Positions 10,501-27,100 of a stretch of DNA of 64,000 bases are shown here, piece by piece. Source of the stretch: Eledone cirrhosa (Eukaryota); assembly GCA_964016885.1 (NCBI GenBank), contig OZ024765.1, positions 18,910,001-18,974,000 of the forward strand. Direction: 5' to 3'. The position numbers were made by a program, and so were the translations under genes. Under the pieces are notes generated by a model. That model searched no databases, was not told the DNA's origin, and saw only the letters and a program-made list of their open reading frames with translations. The stretch's first letter is position 1. Each line of letters begins with the position of its first letter.

Positions 10501-13500
10501 ATCCTTGGTGTGTATATAAATATATATGTGATTTTAACGTACAACGGCGACAATATATAAATCTGTTTTGTTTGATAATAATTAGATAAAGCTAAGTCTA
10601 CAACCCCTGTTAAACGTTGAAACCACGACTATAAAATATAGCAACAACCACGACATAACAGTCTCTGGTTAAATATGATTTAATGAAATTATTGCTAGAG
10701 ATTGATCCCTAATATTTTATCTCACTCCTTAACCAGGGAGGAAAGGTCCTCAGACTCGGACAATGTTGATAAGGAGAGCAGAGTGTATCCTTATTTGTCA
10801 CGTCTTTCCAGTTGTCACGGTATATAAAAGGCAGTAGTACTAGTCACTCCTGCGAAAGACGTTGTCAGTTAGCCTTCTGTAACGAGAGAAGAAGGTCGTG
10901 GCTTTTTTCCTCCCTATCACATAATTCATACATTTGTCATCCTTTAGATATCAATATACAAGAGAAAGAAGAAAATTGAGAACTTCGGTCTTTTAAAAGT
11001 AACATTTATTACATTAGAGCAAAATCTTGCATTAACAATATTTTGTGAGACTAAACATGGAATGGACAAAGAGATTATTAGAAGAAGGGCAATTGTCTCT
11101 ATCTTAAACGTCAATACATTCTACAGAAAATCGAAATGAGAATAATTACAGAGATACTTTACAAAATGTTTCGCGATATGGTTCAAGTTATTTTGTAGTA
11201 ATATGCAGCTATATTTATACATGTCTCTTATACCCCCTCCACGAGGAAGTGTGAATATGTATGAATATGATTTTAAAGATGGCTAAACATGTTGAAGAAA
11301 AAAAAGGAATACAGATGATAGAAATAATAAAACATTCCTTTGCTTAGCTAAATGTCGAGAGGTCTAAAACACTAGTTGAATGATATGTGTGATACGACCT
11401 AGAATATTGTTTTGGGGCACGGAGAAGCTATTGAAGGAATCCAGAGAAGAACAAAACAGAAAACACCAGAATTATTAAGAAATATGTCTTCTGATGAAAG
11501 ATGTTAAACTTTAGGGATTGCAAATTTAGAGGAGCTAAATCTAAGAGGGTGGGGGTGGGGGGTAGTAGGACATGATAGAAATATATATTTAAAGGACTAA
11601 TATTTAAATAGTAGTACACTATTCCAATTTAAAGCTCTGAATAACTCTTTCTTTCGGGGAGATATATCAAGCGAGTGACCTGATAGAAATATTTAAAATA
11701 ATGAAAAGACTACAATATACAGTATTGCAGAAGTAAATGAAAATATAAGAAGACATCACCATTGAACTGCAGATGAAAGTCAGTACTCTTTACATTTATC
11801 CCAGGTATATAGAAAGCTATCCTGATGTCCACTGATTGAAATATAAAACAATAAATAAACACCACAATCCAGTAAACGTTAGTAATAATCCAATTAAGCC
11901 GCCATTTACAGTAGAAAATAGTAAGAAAAACAAAGTCACACTCAGAAGTTACTGCAGTGAAAACAATAAAAATATTATTAATAAATAATAATAATTTCAT
12001 TTCATATTATCATTAAATTGTTTGTCTATTTTTATTGTAAACATAAAATATACTAATATATATATATATATATATACATTCATACATATACATCGATACA
12101 TTCTGTGAGTATGTCTTACTTAGGCAAAAGTCAAGTATTTTGCGGGGAGGAACCAATCCGTTAAATTGATCCCAGTACATGACTGGTACTATAAGTTATA
12201 TGCTCCAAAATCATAAAATGATGGGTTAATCTAAACACTGAGAACACAAAGGTGGGGTAAAATTATTTAAAAATTGAGGTTTTAATATTTTATCTTTTAT
12301 TTACAAATTATATGTCTTGGTGTCATATTTAAGGATATAATGTAGTTATTGGTGGAAATAATATAATATGTGATGAAGAGGTGTATATAACTGTGGATAT
12401 AGAATTGTTTTAATCATTATTTTTAACGGACGAAAAAACTACATAATGACTTCTAGTCGAAGTTACGGGAAATTACGGCAAAGACCCTCCATGAAGGTTC
12501 AAATATTACACATTATCTATATATAGGAATCAGGCTAAGCAATTTACGGGCACGTCGCTCTAAGTTGGAATATTTTTAACAGACACGGGAGTTAGGTATG
12601 GCATATTTCAAATAAGAGAACATTATTACAGACGGAGTCATTGTAGGTTCAAATCATTGTTAGACCGATCAGAAAGAAAATGGATATTTAATTCATGAAA
12701 AAACCTGAAGTGTGAAAGACAGAGTCGACCCATTCTAGTAACAACACTAAGAAACCCATGAACGCCACCACGTCCTAAATCTAACTCTGCGATCGTCATA
12801 TCAAATCGAAATACTTCACCAACTGTGGAAGATGAAGGATTGAAGAACTATGATATATAGCGAAGAGGCTTGTCTCCAGAACATTTAGTAAGGTGTAAGC
12901 CAAGGGTTGCCAAATATTTTGGCGTCATTTCCCACATTCACATGAAAAGATTTTCCACCAGCCACCTGTATAGTAAATATTCCAAAGTATACCAAATATG
13001 TTTCGTAAATGTTTGTTCCTGGTTTAATTTTCCCAATTAGCTTCCTGATTTTTATTCAGGTTCTTTGCATATATTCCTTGAATAGGTTTTCGGGTAGCAT
13101 ACCTTCTTAAATCTCAAAATTCTATATCGGCCACCAAAGTTTCCAATGGCCCTCAATTTTCTGTTCAGCTGCTCATCGCCCACCCAACAGTTGAAACCGC
13201 CCAGTTGAGGAACCCCTGTGGGTAAGCTACCTCGAATGATGCTATATATTAATCGAGAGGAGGAGGTGACTATTATGATTTTTATAAGTAATAATCTTTT
13301 AAAGACAAGATGAAATTTCATCATTAAAATCATAAATATATGTCTACAGAATACAGATTATCAAAATGAAATTAAAAGCAAGTAAATCAGGGGCCACTAA
13401 ACTTTACATATTTAGTTTTATTTCTATCGTGAAAAATGTTGATCTTCAGATATTAGATTATGGCGGCTGTAATTGTCTTTGTGTTTACGTGTTTGTTTGA

Positions 13501-16500
13501 AATCCTATTTTAATGTTCGTCTCTCTTTAAACATCGTTTATAGTTTGTTAAAATTAATTTTAGATTATTCGTACCTCGTCTGTGTGGTTTATATTGATGT
13601 AGCGTCCCTGTCTTGTTTATTTTTGGTTACATTTTAAATGTGAAATACAGGACCATCAGACATTAAAATGAAATGTTACGTAAAACACATACCTTGTGTT
13701 TATTCCAGGTATTTAGATAGATGTCCAGATGTCCACTGACAACAAAATAATACAATCATCCAGTGAAACTTGGTAATAATCCAGGTTCGTTGCAGTCACC
13801 ATTCACCAATGGTTAGAAAGAATCAAAAACAAAAACAAAAGACGTATTCAGCAGTTAATGAAGTGAAAACAAAATAAAAACAACTTTACTGAATAAAATT
13901 CATTTCTTAATTTCAATAAGGTTTTTTGTTCTTTCTTTTATAAAAAAAAAAAATGTTAATTAAAATATGTTGAATATAATATGGGACATTACTACAACGT
14001 ACAACATTATTAGTTCAAATCTTACTTAATAAAAGCAACAAATACGCAGTTATTAGTATAAAACCTAACGGAAATCGAACCCTAAATCAGGATCTCCACC
14101 GTCTCTAGCGCTTACCATTAGGCCACAGGGACGGTTACAAAAATGCATTGAAAATTAATATTTACTTACCTATACTAGAAAAAACCGGAAGTGGAGAAAA
14201 TTGAAAAACTTCTTCTTTTTCTTCCTCTGATTTTTGCCACGAACGATAACTCGTCTCTGACTTAAATCCAAATTTTGGTTAAAAAAAAATCAGAGGAAGA
14301 AAAAGAAGATGTTTTTCAATTTTCTCCACTTCCGGTTTTTTCTAGTAATGAAAAAGTAGGTTTATAAATATCAATTTTCAGTAAGTTTCTGTAACCGTCC
14401 CTTTAGCCTAGTGGTAAGTATAAGAGCCGGTGGAGGTCCAGGTCCGGGGTTCAATCACTGGCAGTGTGTCGTATTATATTTTTTATAGTATAAAACAAAA
14501 ATAAAAAAGTAACTTTATAAATATTAATGTTCACACTGTTTTTATATCTGTCTCCGTGGCCTAATGGTAGGTATTAGAGACGGTGGAGAACCTGCTCTGG
14601 GTTTCGATTTCAGTCAAAGTCTATAGATAATAATTTCATTTTTTACTTTACTAGGGAAAAATTTAAATTTAAAAATATATAGTACAGATTCGGACTGAGA
14701 TTGAACACCACATCAGTGTCTACATAGTCTCTAACACCTACCATTAGTCCAACGAAACAGATACAAGAACATAAGAAACAATTTATATTTATAAACCTAC
14801 TTTCAATTTCCAAGCAAAATAGATGTGCTGGCGTTCATGGCTTTCTCATTGTTATTTCTACTATAATCAGGTCAATGTTTACATTGATTCTTCTGGGGCT
14901 TTCATAAAATATATTTTCACTTTCTTTCGGGTTCATTAGATCCTACAACCAGATGATCTACAGGGACCTTCTTCATAGCTGATTATTAAATATATACGGG
15001 AGAGTGTGTGTGTGTGTGTGTATTAGATCTTGCCGTTATGTACTCAGCAATAATGGTTTTCACTTCCGTCGTCCCTCCATCCTTGGTGTGTATATAAATA
15101 TATATGTGATTTTAACGTACAACGGCGACAATATATAAATCTGTTTTGTTTGATAATAATTAAATAAAGCTAATTCTACAACCCCTGTTAAACATTGAAA
15201 CCACGACTATAAAATATAGCAACAACCACGACATAACAGTCTCTGGTTAAATATGATTTAATGAAATTATTGCTAGAGATTGATCCCTAATATTTTATCT
15301 CACTCCTTAACCAGGGAGGAAAGGTCCTCAGACTCGGACAATGTTGATAAGGAGAGCAGAGTGTATCCTTATTTGTCACGTCTTTCCAGTTGTCACGGTA
15401 TATAAAAGGCAGTAGTACTAGTCACTCCTGCGAAAGACGTTGTCAGTTAGCCTTCTGTAACGAGAGAAGAAGGTCGTGGCTTTTTTCCTCCCTATCACAT
15501 AATTCATACATTTGTCATCCTTTAGATATCAATATACAAGAGAAAGAAGAAAATTGAGAACTTCGGTCTTTTAAAAGTAACATTTATTACATTAGAGCAA
15601 AATCTTGCATTAACAATATTTTGTGAGACTAAACATGGAATGGACAAAGAGATTATTAGAAGAAGGGCAATTGTCTCTATCTTAAACGTCAATACATTCT
15701 ACAGAAAATCGAAATGAGAATAATTACAGAGATACTTTACAAAATGTTTCGCGATATGGTTCAAGTTATTTTGTAGTAATATGCAGCTATATTTATACAT
15801 GTCTCTTATACCCCCTCCACGAGGAATTGTGAATATGTATGAATATGATTTTAAAGATGGCTAAACATGTTGAAGAAAAAAAAGGAATTCAGATGATAGG
15901 AATAATAAAACATTCCTTTGCCTAGCTAAATGTCGAGAGGTCTAAAACACTAGTTGAATGATATGTGTGATACGACCTAGAATATTGTTTTGAGGCACGG
16001 AGAAGCTATTGAAGGAATCCAGAGAAGAACAAAACAGAAAACACCAGAATTATTAAGAAATATGTCTTCTGAAGAAAGATGTTAAACTTTAGGGATTGCA
16101 AATTTAGAGGATATAAATCTAAGAGGGTGGGGGGACATGATAGAAATATATATTTAAAGGACTAATATTTAAATAGTAGTAGTACACTATTCCAATGTAA
16201 AGCTCTGAATAACTATATCTTTCGGGGAGATATATCAAACGAGTGACATGATAGAAATATTTAAAATAATGAAAAGACTACAATATACAGTATTGCAGAA
16301 GTAAATGAAAATATAAGACATCACCATTGAACTGCAGATGAAAGTCAGTACTCTTTACATTTATCCCAGGTATATAGAAAGCTAGCCTGATGTCCACTGA
16401 TTGAAATATAAAACAATAAAGAAACACCACAATCCAGTAAACGTTAGTAATAATCCAATTAAGCCGCCATTTACAGTAGAAAATAGTAAGAAAAACAAAG

Positions 16501-19500
16501 TCACACTCAGAAGTTACTGCAGTGAAAACAATAAAAATATTATTAATAAATAATAATAATTTCATTTCATATTATCATTAAATTGTTTGTCTATTTTTAT
16601 TGTAAACATAAAATATACTAATATATATATATATACATTCATACATATACATCGATACATTCTGTGAGTATGTCTTACTTAGGCAAAAGTCAAGTATTTT
16701 GCGGGGAGGAACCAATCCGTTAAATTGATCCCAGTACATGACTGGTACTATAAGTTATATGCTCCAAAATCATAAAATGATGGGTTAATCTAAACACTGA
16801 GAACACAAAGGTGGGGTAAAATTATTTAAAAATTGAGGTTTTAATATTTTATCTTTTATTTACAAATTATATGTCTTGGTGTCATATTTAAGGATATAAT
16901 GTAGTTATTGGTGGAAATAATATAATATGTGATGAAGAGGTGTATATAACTGTGGATATAGAATTGTTTTAATCATTATTTTTAACGGACGAAAAAACTA
17001 CATAATGACTTCTAGTCGGAGTTACGGGAAAGACCCTCCATGAAGGTTCAAATATTACACATTATCTATATATAGGAATCAGGCTAAACAATTTACGGGA
17101 ACGTCGCTCTAAGTTGGAATATTTTTAACACACACAGACACGGGAGTTAGGTATTGCATATTTCAAATAAGAGAACATTATTAAAGACGGAGTCATTGTA
17201 GGTTCAAATCATTGTTAGACCGATCAGAAAGAAAATGGATATTTAATTCATGAAAAAACCTGAAGTGTGAAAGACAGAGTCGACCCTTTCTAGTAACAAC
17301 ACTAAGAAACCCATGAACGCCACCACGTCCTAAATCTAACTCTGCGATCGTCATATCAAATCGAAATACTTCACCAACTGTGGAAGATGAAGGATTGAAG
17401 AACTATGATATATAGCGAAGAGGCTTGTCTCCAGAACATTTAGTAAGGTGTAAGCCAAGGGTTGCCAAATATTTTGGCGTCATTTCCCACATTCACATGA
17501 TAAAATGTTCCACCAGCCACCTGTATAGTAAATATTCCAAAGTATACCAAATATGTTTCGTAAATGTTTGTTCCTGGTTTAATTTTCCCAATTAGCTTCC
17601 TGATTTTTATTCAGGTTCTTTGAATAGGTTTTCGGGTAGCATACCTTCTTAAATCTCAAAATTCTATATCGGCCACCAAAGTTTCCAATGGCCCTCAATT
17701 TTCTGTTCAGCTGCTCATCGTCCACCCAACAGTTGAAACCGCCCAGTTGAGGAACCCCTGTGGGTAAGCTACATATTAATCGAGAGGAGGAGGTGACTAT
17801 TATAATTTTTATAAGTAATAATCTTTTAAAGACAAGAGGAAATTTCATCATTAAAATCATAAATATATGTCTACAGAATACAATACAGATTATCAAAATG
17901 AAATTAAAAGCAAGTAAATCAGGGGCCACTAAACTTTACATATTTAGTTGTATTTCTATCGTGAAAAATGTTGATCTTCAGATATTAGATTATGGCGGCT
18001 GTAATTGTCTTTGTGTTTACGTGTTTGTTTGAAATCCTATTTTAATGTTCGTCTCTCTTTAAACATCGTTTATAGTTTGTTAAAATTAATTTTAGATTAT
18101 TCGTACCTCGTCTGTGTGGTTTATTTTGATGTAGCGTCCCTGTCTTGTTTATTTTTGGTTACATTTTAAATGTGAAATACAGGACCATCAGACATTAAAA
18201 TGAAATGTTACGTAAAACACACACCTTGTGTTTATTCCAGGTATTTAGATAGATGTCCAGATGTCCACTGACAACAAAATAATACAATCATCTAGTTAAA
18301 CTTGGTAATAATCCAGGTTCGTTGCAGTCACCATTCACCAATGGTTAGAAAGAATCAAAAACAAAAACAAAAGACGTATTCAGCAGTTAATGAAGTGAAA
18401 ACAAAATAAAAACAACTTTACTGAATAAAATTCATTTCTTAATTTCAATAAGGTTTTTTGTTCTTTCTTTTATAAAAAAAAAAAAATGTTAATTAAAATA
18501 TGTTGAATATAATATGGGACATTACTACAACGTACAACATTATTAGTTCAAATCTTACTTAATAAAAGCAACAAATACGCAGTTATTAGTATAAAACCTA
18601 ACGGAAATCGAACCCTAAATCAGGATCTCCACCGTCTCTAGCGCTTACCATTAGGCCACAGGGACGGTTACAAAAATGCATTGAAAATTAATATTTACTT
18701 ACCTATACTAGAAAAAACCGGAAGTGGAGAAAATTGAAAAACTTCTTCTTTTTCTTCCTCTGATTTTTGCCACGAACGATAACTCGTCTCTGACTTAAAT
18801 CCAAATTTTGGTTAAAAAAAAATCAGAGGAAGAAAAAGAAGATGTTTTTCAATTTTCTCCACTTCCGGTTTTTTCTAGTAATGAAAAAGTAGGTTTATAA
18901 ATATCAATTTTCAGTAAGTTTCTGTAACCGTCCCCTTAGCCTAGTGGTAAGTATAAGAGCCGGTGGAGGTCCAGTTCCGGGGTTCAATCACTGGCAGTGT
19001 GTCGTATTATATTTTTTATAGTATAAAACAAAAATAAAAAAGTAACTTTATAAATATTAATTTTCACGCTGTTTTTATATCTGTCTCCGTGGCCTAATGG
19101 TAGGTATTATAGACGGTGGAGAACCTGCTCTGGGTTTCGATTTCAGTCAAAGTCTATAGATAATAATTTCATTTTTTACTTTACTAGGGAAAAATTCAAA
19201 TTAAAAAATATATAGTACAGATTCGGACTGAGATTGAACACCACATCAGTGTCTACATAGTCTCTAACACCTACCATGAGGCCAACGAAACAGATACAAG
19301 AACATAAGAAACAATTTATATTTATAAACCTACTTTCAATTTCCAAGCAAAATAGATGTGCTGGCGTTCATGGCTTTCTCATTGTTATTTCTACTATAAT
19401 CAGGTCAATGTTTACATTTATTCTTCTGGGGCTTTCATAAAATATATTTTCACTTTCTTTCGGGTTCATTAGATCCTACAACCAGATGATCTACAGGGAC

Positions 19501-22500
19501 CTTCTTCATGGTCATAGCTGATTATTAAATATATACGGGAGAGTGTGTGTGTATTAGATCTTGCCGTGATGTACTCAGCAATAATGGTTTTCAATTCCAT
19601 CTTCCCTCCATCCTTGGTGTGTATATAAATGTATATGTGATTTTAACGTACAACGGCGACAATATATAAATCTGTTTTGTTTGATAATAATTAGATAAAG
19701 CTAAGTCTACAACCCCTGTTAAACGTTGAAACCACGACTATAAAATATAGCAACAACCACGACATAACAGTCTCTGGTTAAATATGATTTAATGAAATTA
19801 TTGCTAGAGATTGATCCCTAATATTTTATCTCACTCCTTAACCAGGGAGGAAAGGTCCTCAGACTCGGACAATGTTGATAAGGAGAGCAGAGTGTATCCT
19901 TATTTGTCACGGTATATAAAAGGCAGTAGTACTAGTCACTCCTGCGAAAGACGTTGTCAGTTAGCCTTCTGTAACGAGAGAAGAAGGTCGTGGCTTTTTT
20001 CCTCCCTATCACATAATTCATACATTTGTCATCCTTTAGATATCAATATACAAGAGAAAGAAGAAAATTGAGAACTTCGGTCTTTTAAAAGTAACATTTA
20101 TTACATTAGAGCAAAATCTTGCATTAACAATATTTTGTGAGACTAAACATGGAATGGACAAAGAGATTATTAGAAGAAGGGCAATTGTCTCTATCTTAAA
20201 CGTCAATACATTCTACAGAAAATCGAAATGAGAATAATTACAGAGATACTTTACAAAATGTTTCGCGATATGGTTCAAGTTATTTTGTAGTAATATGCAG
20301 CTATATTTATACATGTCTCTTATACCCCCTCCACGAGGAATTGTGAATATGTATGAATATGATTTTAAAGATGGCTAAACATGTTGAAGAAAAAAAAGGA
20401 ATTCAGATGATAGGAATAATAAAACATTCCTTTGCCTAGCTAAATGTCGAGAGGTCTAAAACACTAGTTGAATGATATGTGTGATACGACCTAGAATATT
20501 GTTTTGAGGCACGGAGAAGCTATTGAAGGAATCCAGAGAAGAACAAAACAGAAAACACCAGAATTATTAAGAAATATGTTAAACTTTAGGGATTGCAAAT
20601 TTAGAGGATATAAATCTAAGAGGGTGGGGGGACATGATAGAAATATATATTTAAAGGACTAATATTTAAATAGTAGTAGTACACTATTCCAATGTAAAGC
20701 TCTGAATAACTATATCTTTCGGGGAGATATATCAAACGAGTGACATGATAGAAATATTTAAAATAATGAAAAGACTACAATATACAGTATTGCAGAAGTA
20801 AATGAAAATATAAGACATCACCATTGAACTGCAGATGAAAGTCAGTACTCTTTACATTTATCCCAGGTATATAGAAAGCTAGCCTGATGTCCACTGATTG
20901 AAATATAAAACAATAAAGAAACACCACAATCCAGTAAACGTTAGTAATAATCCAATTAAGCCGCCATTTACAGTAGAAAATAGTAAGAAAAACAAAGTCA
21001 CACTCAGAAGTTACTGCAGTGAAAACAATAAAAATATTATTAATAAATAATAATAATTTCATTTCATATTATCATTAAATTGTTTGTCTATTTTTATTGT
21101 AAACATAAAATATACTAATATATATATATATATATATACATTCATACATATACATCGATACATTCTGTGAGTATGTCTTACTTAGGCAAAAGTCAAGTAT
21201 TTTGCGGGTAGGAACCAATCCGTTAAATTGATCCCAGTACATGACTGGTACTATAAGTTATATGCTCCAAAATCATAAAATGATGGGTTAATCTAAACAC
21301 TGAGAACACAAAGGTGGGGTAAAATTATTTAAAAATTGAGGTTTTAATATTTTATCTTTTATTTACAAATTATATGTCTTGGTGTCATATTTAAGGATAT
21401 AATGTAGTTATTGGTGGAAATAATATAATATGTGATGAAGAGGTGTATATAACTGTGGATATAGAATTGTTTTAATCATTATTTTTAACGGACGAAAAAA
21501 CTACATAATGACTTCTAGTCGGAGTTACGGGAAAGACCCTCCATGAAGGTTCAAATATTACACATTATCTATATATAGGAATCAGGCTAAACAATTTACG
21601 GGAACGTCGCTCTAAGTTGGAATATTTTTAACACACACAGACACGGGAGTTAGGTATTGCATATTTCAAATAAGAGAACATTATTAAAGACGGAGTCATT
21701 GTAGGTTCAAATCATTGTTAGACCGATCAGAAAGAAAATGGATATTTAATTCATGAAAAAACCTGAAGTGTGAAAGACAGAGTCGACCCTTTCTAGTAAC
21801 AACACTAAGAAACCCATGAACGCCACCACGTCCTAAATCTAACTCTGCGATCGTCATATCAAATCGAAATACTTCACCAACTGTGGAAGATGAAGGATTG
21901 AAGAACTATGATATATAGCGAAGAGGCTTGTCTCCAGAACATTTAGTAAGGTGTAAGCCAAGGGTTGCCAAATATTTTGGCGTCATTTCCCACATTCACA
22001 TGATAAAATGTTCCACCAGCCACCTGTATAGTAAATATTCCAAAGTATACCAAATATGTTTCGTAAATGTTTGTTCCTGGTTTAATTTTCCCAATTAGCT
22101 TCCTGATTTTTATTCAGGTTCTTTGAATAGGTTTTCGGGTAGCATACCTTCTTAAATCTCAAAATTCTATATCGGCCACCAAAGTTTCCAATGGCCCTCA
22201 ATTTTCTGTTCAGCTGCTCATCGTCCACCCAACAGTTGAAACCGCCCAGTTGAGGAACCCCTGTGGGTAAGCTACATATTAATCGAGAGGAGGAGGTGAC
22301 TATTATAATTTTTATAAGTAATAATCTTTTAAAGACAAGAGGAAATTTCATCATTAAAATCATAAATATATGTCTACAGAATACAATACAGATTATCAAA
22401 ATGAAATTAAAAGCAAGTAAATCAGGGGCCACTAAACTTTACATATTTAGTTGTATTTCTATCGTGAAAAATGTTGATCTTCAGATATTAGATTATGGCG

Positions 22501-24040
22501 GCTGTAATTGTCTTTGTGTTTACGTGTTTGTTTGAAATCCTATTTTAATGTTCGTCTCTCTTTAAACATCGTTTATAGTTTGTTAAAATTAATTTTAGAT
22601 TATTCGTACCTCGTCTGTGTGGTTTATTTTGATGTAGCGTCCCTGTCTTGTTTATTTTTGGTTACATTTTAAATGTGAAATACAGGACTATCAGACATTA
22701 AAATGAAATGTTACGTAAAACACACACCTTGTGTTTATTCCAGGTATTTAGATAGATGTCCAGATGTCCACTGACAACAAAATAATACAATCATCTAGTT
22801 AAACTTGGTAATAATCCAGGTTCGTTGCAGTCACCATTCACCAATGGTTAGAAAGAATCAAAAACAAAAACAAAAGACGTATTCAGCAGTTAATGAAGTG
22901 AAAACAAAATAAAAACAACTTTACTGAATAAAATTCATTTCTTAATTTCAATAAGGTTTTTTGTTCTTTCTTTTATAAAAAAAAAAAAATGTTAATTAAA
23001 ATATGTTGAATATAATATGGGACATTACTACAACGTACAACATTATTAGTTCAAATCTTACTTAATAAAAGCAACAAATACGCAGTTATTAGTATAAAAC
23101 CTAACGGAAATCGAACCCTAAATCAGGATCTCCACCGTCTCTAGCGCTTACCATTAGGCCACAGGGACGGTTACAAAAATGCAGTGAAAATTAATATTTA
23201 CTTACCTATACTAGAAAAAACCGGAAGTGGAGAAAATTGAAAAACTTCTTCTTTTTCTTCCTCTGATTTTTGCCACGAACGATAACTCGTCTCTGACTTA
23301 AATCCAAATTTTGGTTTAAAAAAAATCAGAGGAAGAAAAAGAAGATGTTTTTCAATTTTCTCCACTTCCGGTTTTTTCTAGTAATGAAAAAGTAGGTTTA
23401 TAAATATCAATTTTCAGTAAGTTTTTGTAACCGTCCCTTTAGCCTAGTGGTAAGTATAAGAGCCGGTGGAGGTCCAGGTCCGGGTTTCAATCACTGGCAG
23501 TGTGTCGTATTATATTTTTTAATAGTATAAAACAAAAATAAAAAAGTAACTTTATAAATATTAATTTTCACACTGTTTTTATATCTGTCTCCGTGGCCTA
23601 ATGGTAGGTATTAGAGACGGTGGAGGACCTGCTCTGGGTTTCGATTTCAGTCAAAGTCTATAGATAATAATTTCATTTTTTACTTTACTAGAGAAAAATT
23701 TAAATTTAAAAATATATAGTACAGATTCGGACTGAGATTGAACACCACATCAGTGTCTACATAGTCTCTAACACCTACCATTAGGCCAACGAAACAGATA
23801 CAAGAACATAAGAAACAATTTATATTTATAAACCTACTTTCAATTTCCAAGCAAAATAGATGTGCTGGCGTTCATGGCTTTCTCATTGTTATTTCTACTA
23901 TAATCGGGTCAATGTTTACATTTATTCTTCTGGGGCTTTCATAAAATATATTTTCACTTTCTTTCGGGTTCATTAGATCCTACAACCAGATGATCTACAG
24001 GGACCTTCTTCATGGTCATAGCTGATTATTAAATATATAC

Positions 24041-24192
<152 letters not shown>

Positions 24193-27100
24193 GATCTTGC
24201 CGTGATGTACTCAGCAATAATGGTTTTCAATTCCGTCGTCCCTCCATCCTTGGTGTGTATATAAATATATATATGTGATTTTAACGTACAACGGCGACAA
24301 TATATAAATCTGTTTTGTTTGATAATAATTAGATAAAGCTAATTCTACAACCCCTGTTAAACATTGAAACCACGACTATAAAATATAGCAACAACCACGA
24401 CATAACAGTCTCTGGTTAAATATGATTTAATGAAATTATTGCTAGAGATTGATCCCTAATATTTTATCTCACTCCTTAACCAGGGAGGAAAGGTCCTCAG
24501 ACTCTGACAATGTTGATAAGGAGAGCAGAGTGTATCCTTATTTGTCACGTCTTTCCAGTTGTCACGGTATATAAAAGGCAGTAGTACTAGTCACTTCTGC
24601 GAAAGACGTTGTCAGTTAGCCTTCTGTAACGAGAGAAGAAGGTCGTGGCTTTTTTCCTCCCTATCACATAATTCATACATTTGTCATCCTTTAGATATCA
24701 ATATACAAGAGAAAGAAGAAAATTGTGAACTTCGGTCTTTTAAAAGTAACATTTATTACATTAGAGCAAAATCTTGCATTAACAATATTTTGTGAGACTA
24801 AACATGGAATGGACAAAGAGATTATTAGAAGAAGGGCAATTGTCTCTATCTTAAACGTCAATACATTCTACAGAAAATCGAAATGAGAATAATTACAGAG
24901 ATACTTTACAAAATGTTTCGCGATATGGTTCAAGTTATTTTGTAGTAATATGCAGCTATATTTATACATGTCTCTTATACCCCCTCCACGAGGAATTGTG
25001 AATATGTATGAATATGATTTTAAAGATGGCTAAACATGTTGAAGAAAAAAAAGGAATTCAGATGATAGGAATAATAAAACATTCCTTTGCCTAGCTAAAT
25101 GTCGAGAGGTCTAAAACACTAGTTGAATGATATGTGTGATACGACCTAGAATATTGTCTTGAGGCACGGAGAAGCTATTGAAGGAATCCAGAGAAGAACA
25201 AAACAGAAAACACCAGAAGTATTAAGAAATATGTCTTCTGAAGAAAGATGTTAAACTTTAGGGATTGCAAATTTAGAGGAAATAAATCTAAGAGGGTGGG
25301 GGGACATGATAGAAATATATATTTAAAGGACTAATATTTAAATAGTAGTACACTATTCCAATGTAAAGCTCTGAATAACTATATCTTTCGGGGAGATATA
25401 TCAAACGAGTGCATGATAGAAATATTTAAAATAATGAAAAGACTACAATATACAGTATTGCAGAAGTAAATGAAAATATAAGAAGACATCACCATTGAAC
25501 TGCAGATGAAAGTCAGTACTCTTTACATTTATCCCAGGTATATAGAAAGCTAGCCTGATGTCCACTGATTGAAATATAAAACAATAAAGAAACACCACAA
25601 TCCAGTAAACGTTAGTAATAATCCAATTAAGCCGCCATTTACAGTAGAAAATAGTAAGAAAAACAAAGTCACACTCAGAAGTTACTGCAGTGAAAACAAT
25701 AAAAATATTATTAATAAATAATAATAATTTCATTTCATATTATCATTAAATTGTTTGTCTATTTTTATTGTAAACATAAAATATACTAATATATATATAT
25801 ATATATATACATTCATACATATACATCGATACATTCTGTGAGTATGTCTTACTTAGGCAAAAGTCAAGTATTTTGCGGGTAGGAACCAATCCGTTAAATT
25901 GATCCCAGTACATGACTGGTACTATAAGTTATATGCTCCAAAATCATAAAATGATGGGTTAATCTAAACACTGAGAACACAAAGGTGGGGTAAAATTATT
26001 TAAAAATTGAGGTTTTAATATTTTATCTTTTATTTACAAATTATATGTCTTGGTGTCATATTTAAGGATATAATGTAGTTATTGGTGGAAATAATATAAT
26101 ATGTGATGAAGAGGTGTATATAACTGTGGATATAGAATTGTTTTAATCATTATTTTTAACGGACGAAAAAACTACATAATGACTTCTAGTCGGAGTTACG
26201 GGAAATTACGGCAAAGACCCTCCATGAAGGTTCAAATATTACACATTATCTATATATAGGAATCAGGCTAAACAATTTACGGGAACGTCGCTCTAAGTTG
26301 GAATATTTTTAACACACACAGACACGGGAGTTAGGTATTGCATATTTCAAATAAGAGAACATTATTAAAGACGGAGTCATTGTAGGTTCAAATCATTGTT
26401 AGACCGATCAGAAAGAAAATGGATATTTAATTCATGAAATATCCTGAAGTGTGAAAGACAGAGTCGACCCTTTCTAGTAACAACACTAAGAAACCCATGA
26501 ACGCCACCACGTCCTAAATCTAACTCTGCGATCGTCATATCAAATCGAAATACTTCACCAACTGTGGAAGATGAAGGATTGAAGAACAATGATATATAGC
26601 GAAGAGGCTTGTCTCCAGAACATTTAGTAAGGTGTAAGCCAAGGGTTGCCAAATATTTTGGCGTCATTTCCCACATTCACATGAAAAAATGTTCCACCAG
26701 CCACCTGTATAGTAAATATTCCAAAGTATACCAAATATGTTTCGTAAATGTTTGTTCCTGGTTTAATTTTCCCAATTAGCTTCCTGATTTTTATTCAGGT
26801 TCTTTGCATATATTCCTTGAATAGGTTTTCGGGTAGCATACCTTCTTAAATCTCAAAATTCTATATCGGCCACCAAAGTTTCCAATGGCCCTCAATTTTC
26901 TGTTCAGCTGCTCATCGCCCACCCAACAGTTGAAACCGCCCAGTTGAGGAACCCCTGTGGGTAAGCTACCTCGAATGATGCTATATATTAATCGAGAGGA
27001 GGAGGTGACTATTATAATTTTTATAAGTAATAATCTTTTAAAGACAAGAGGAAATTTCATCATTAAAATCATAAATATATGTCTACAGAATACAGATTAT

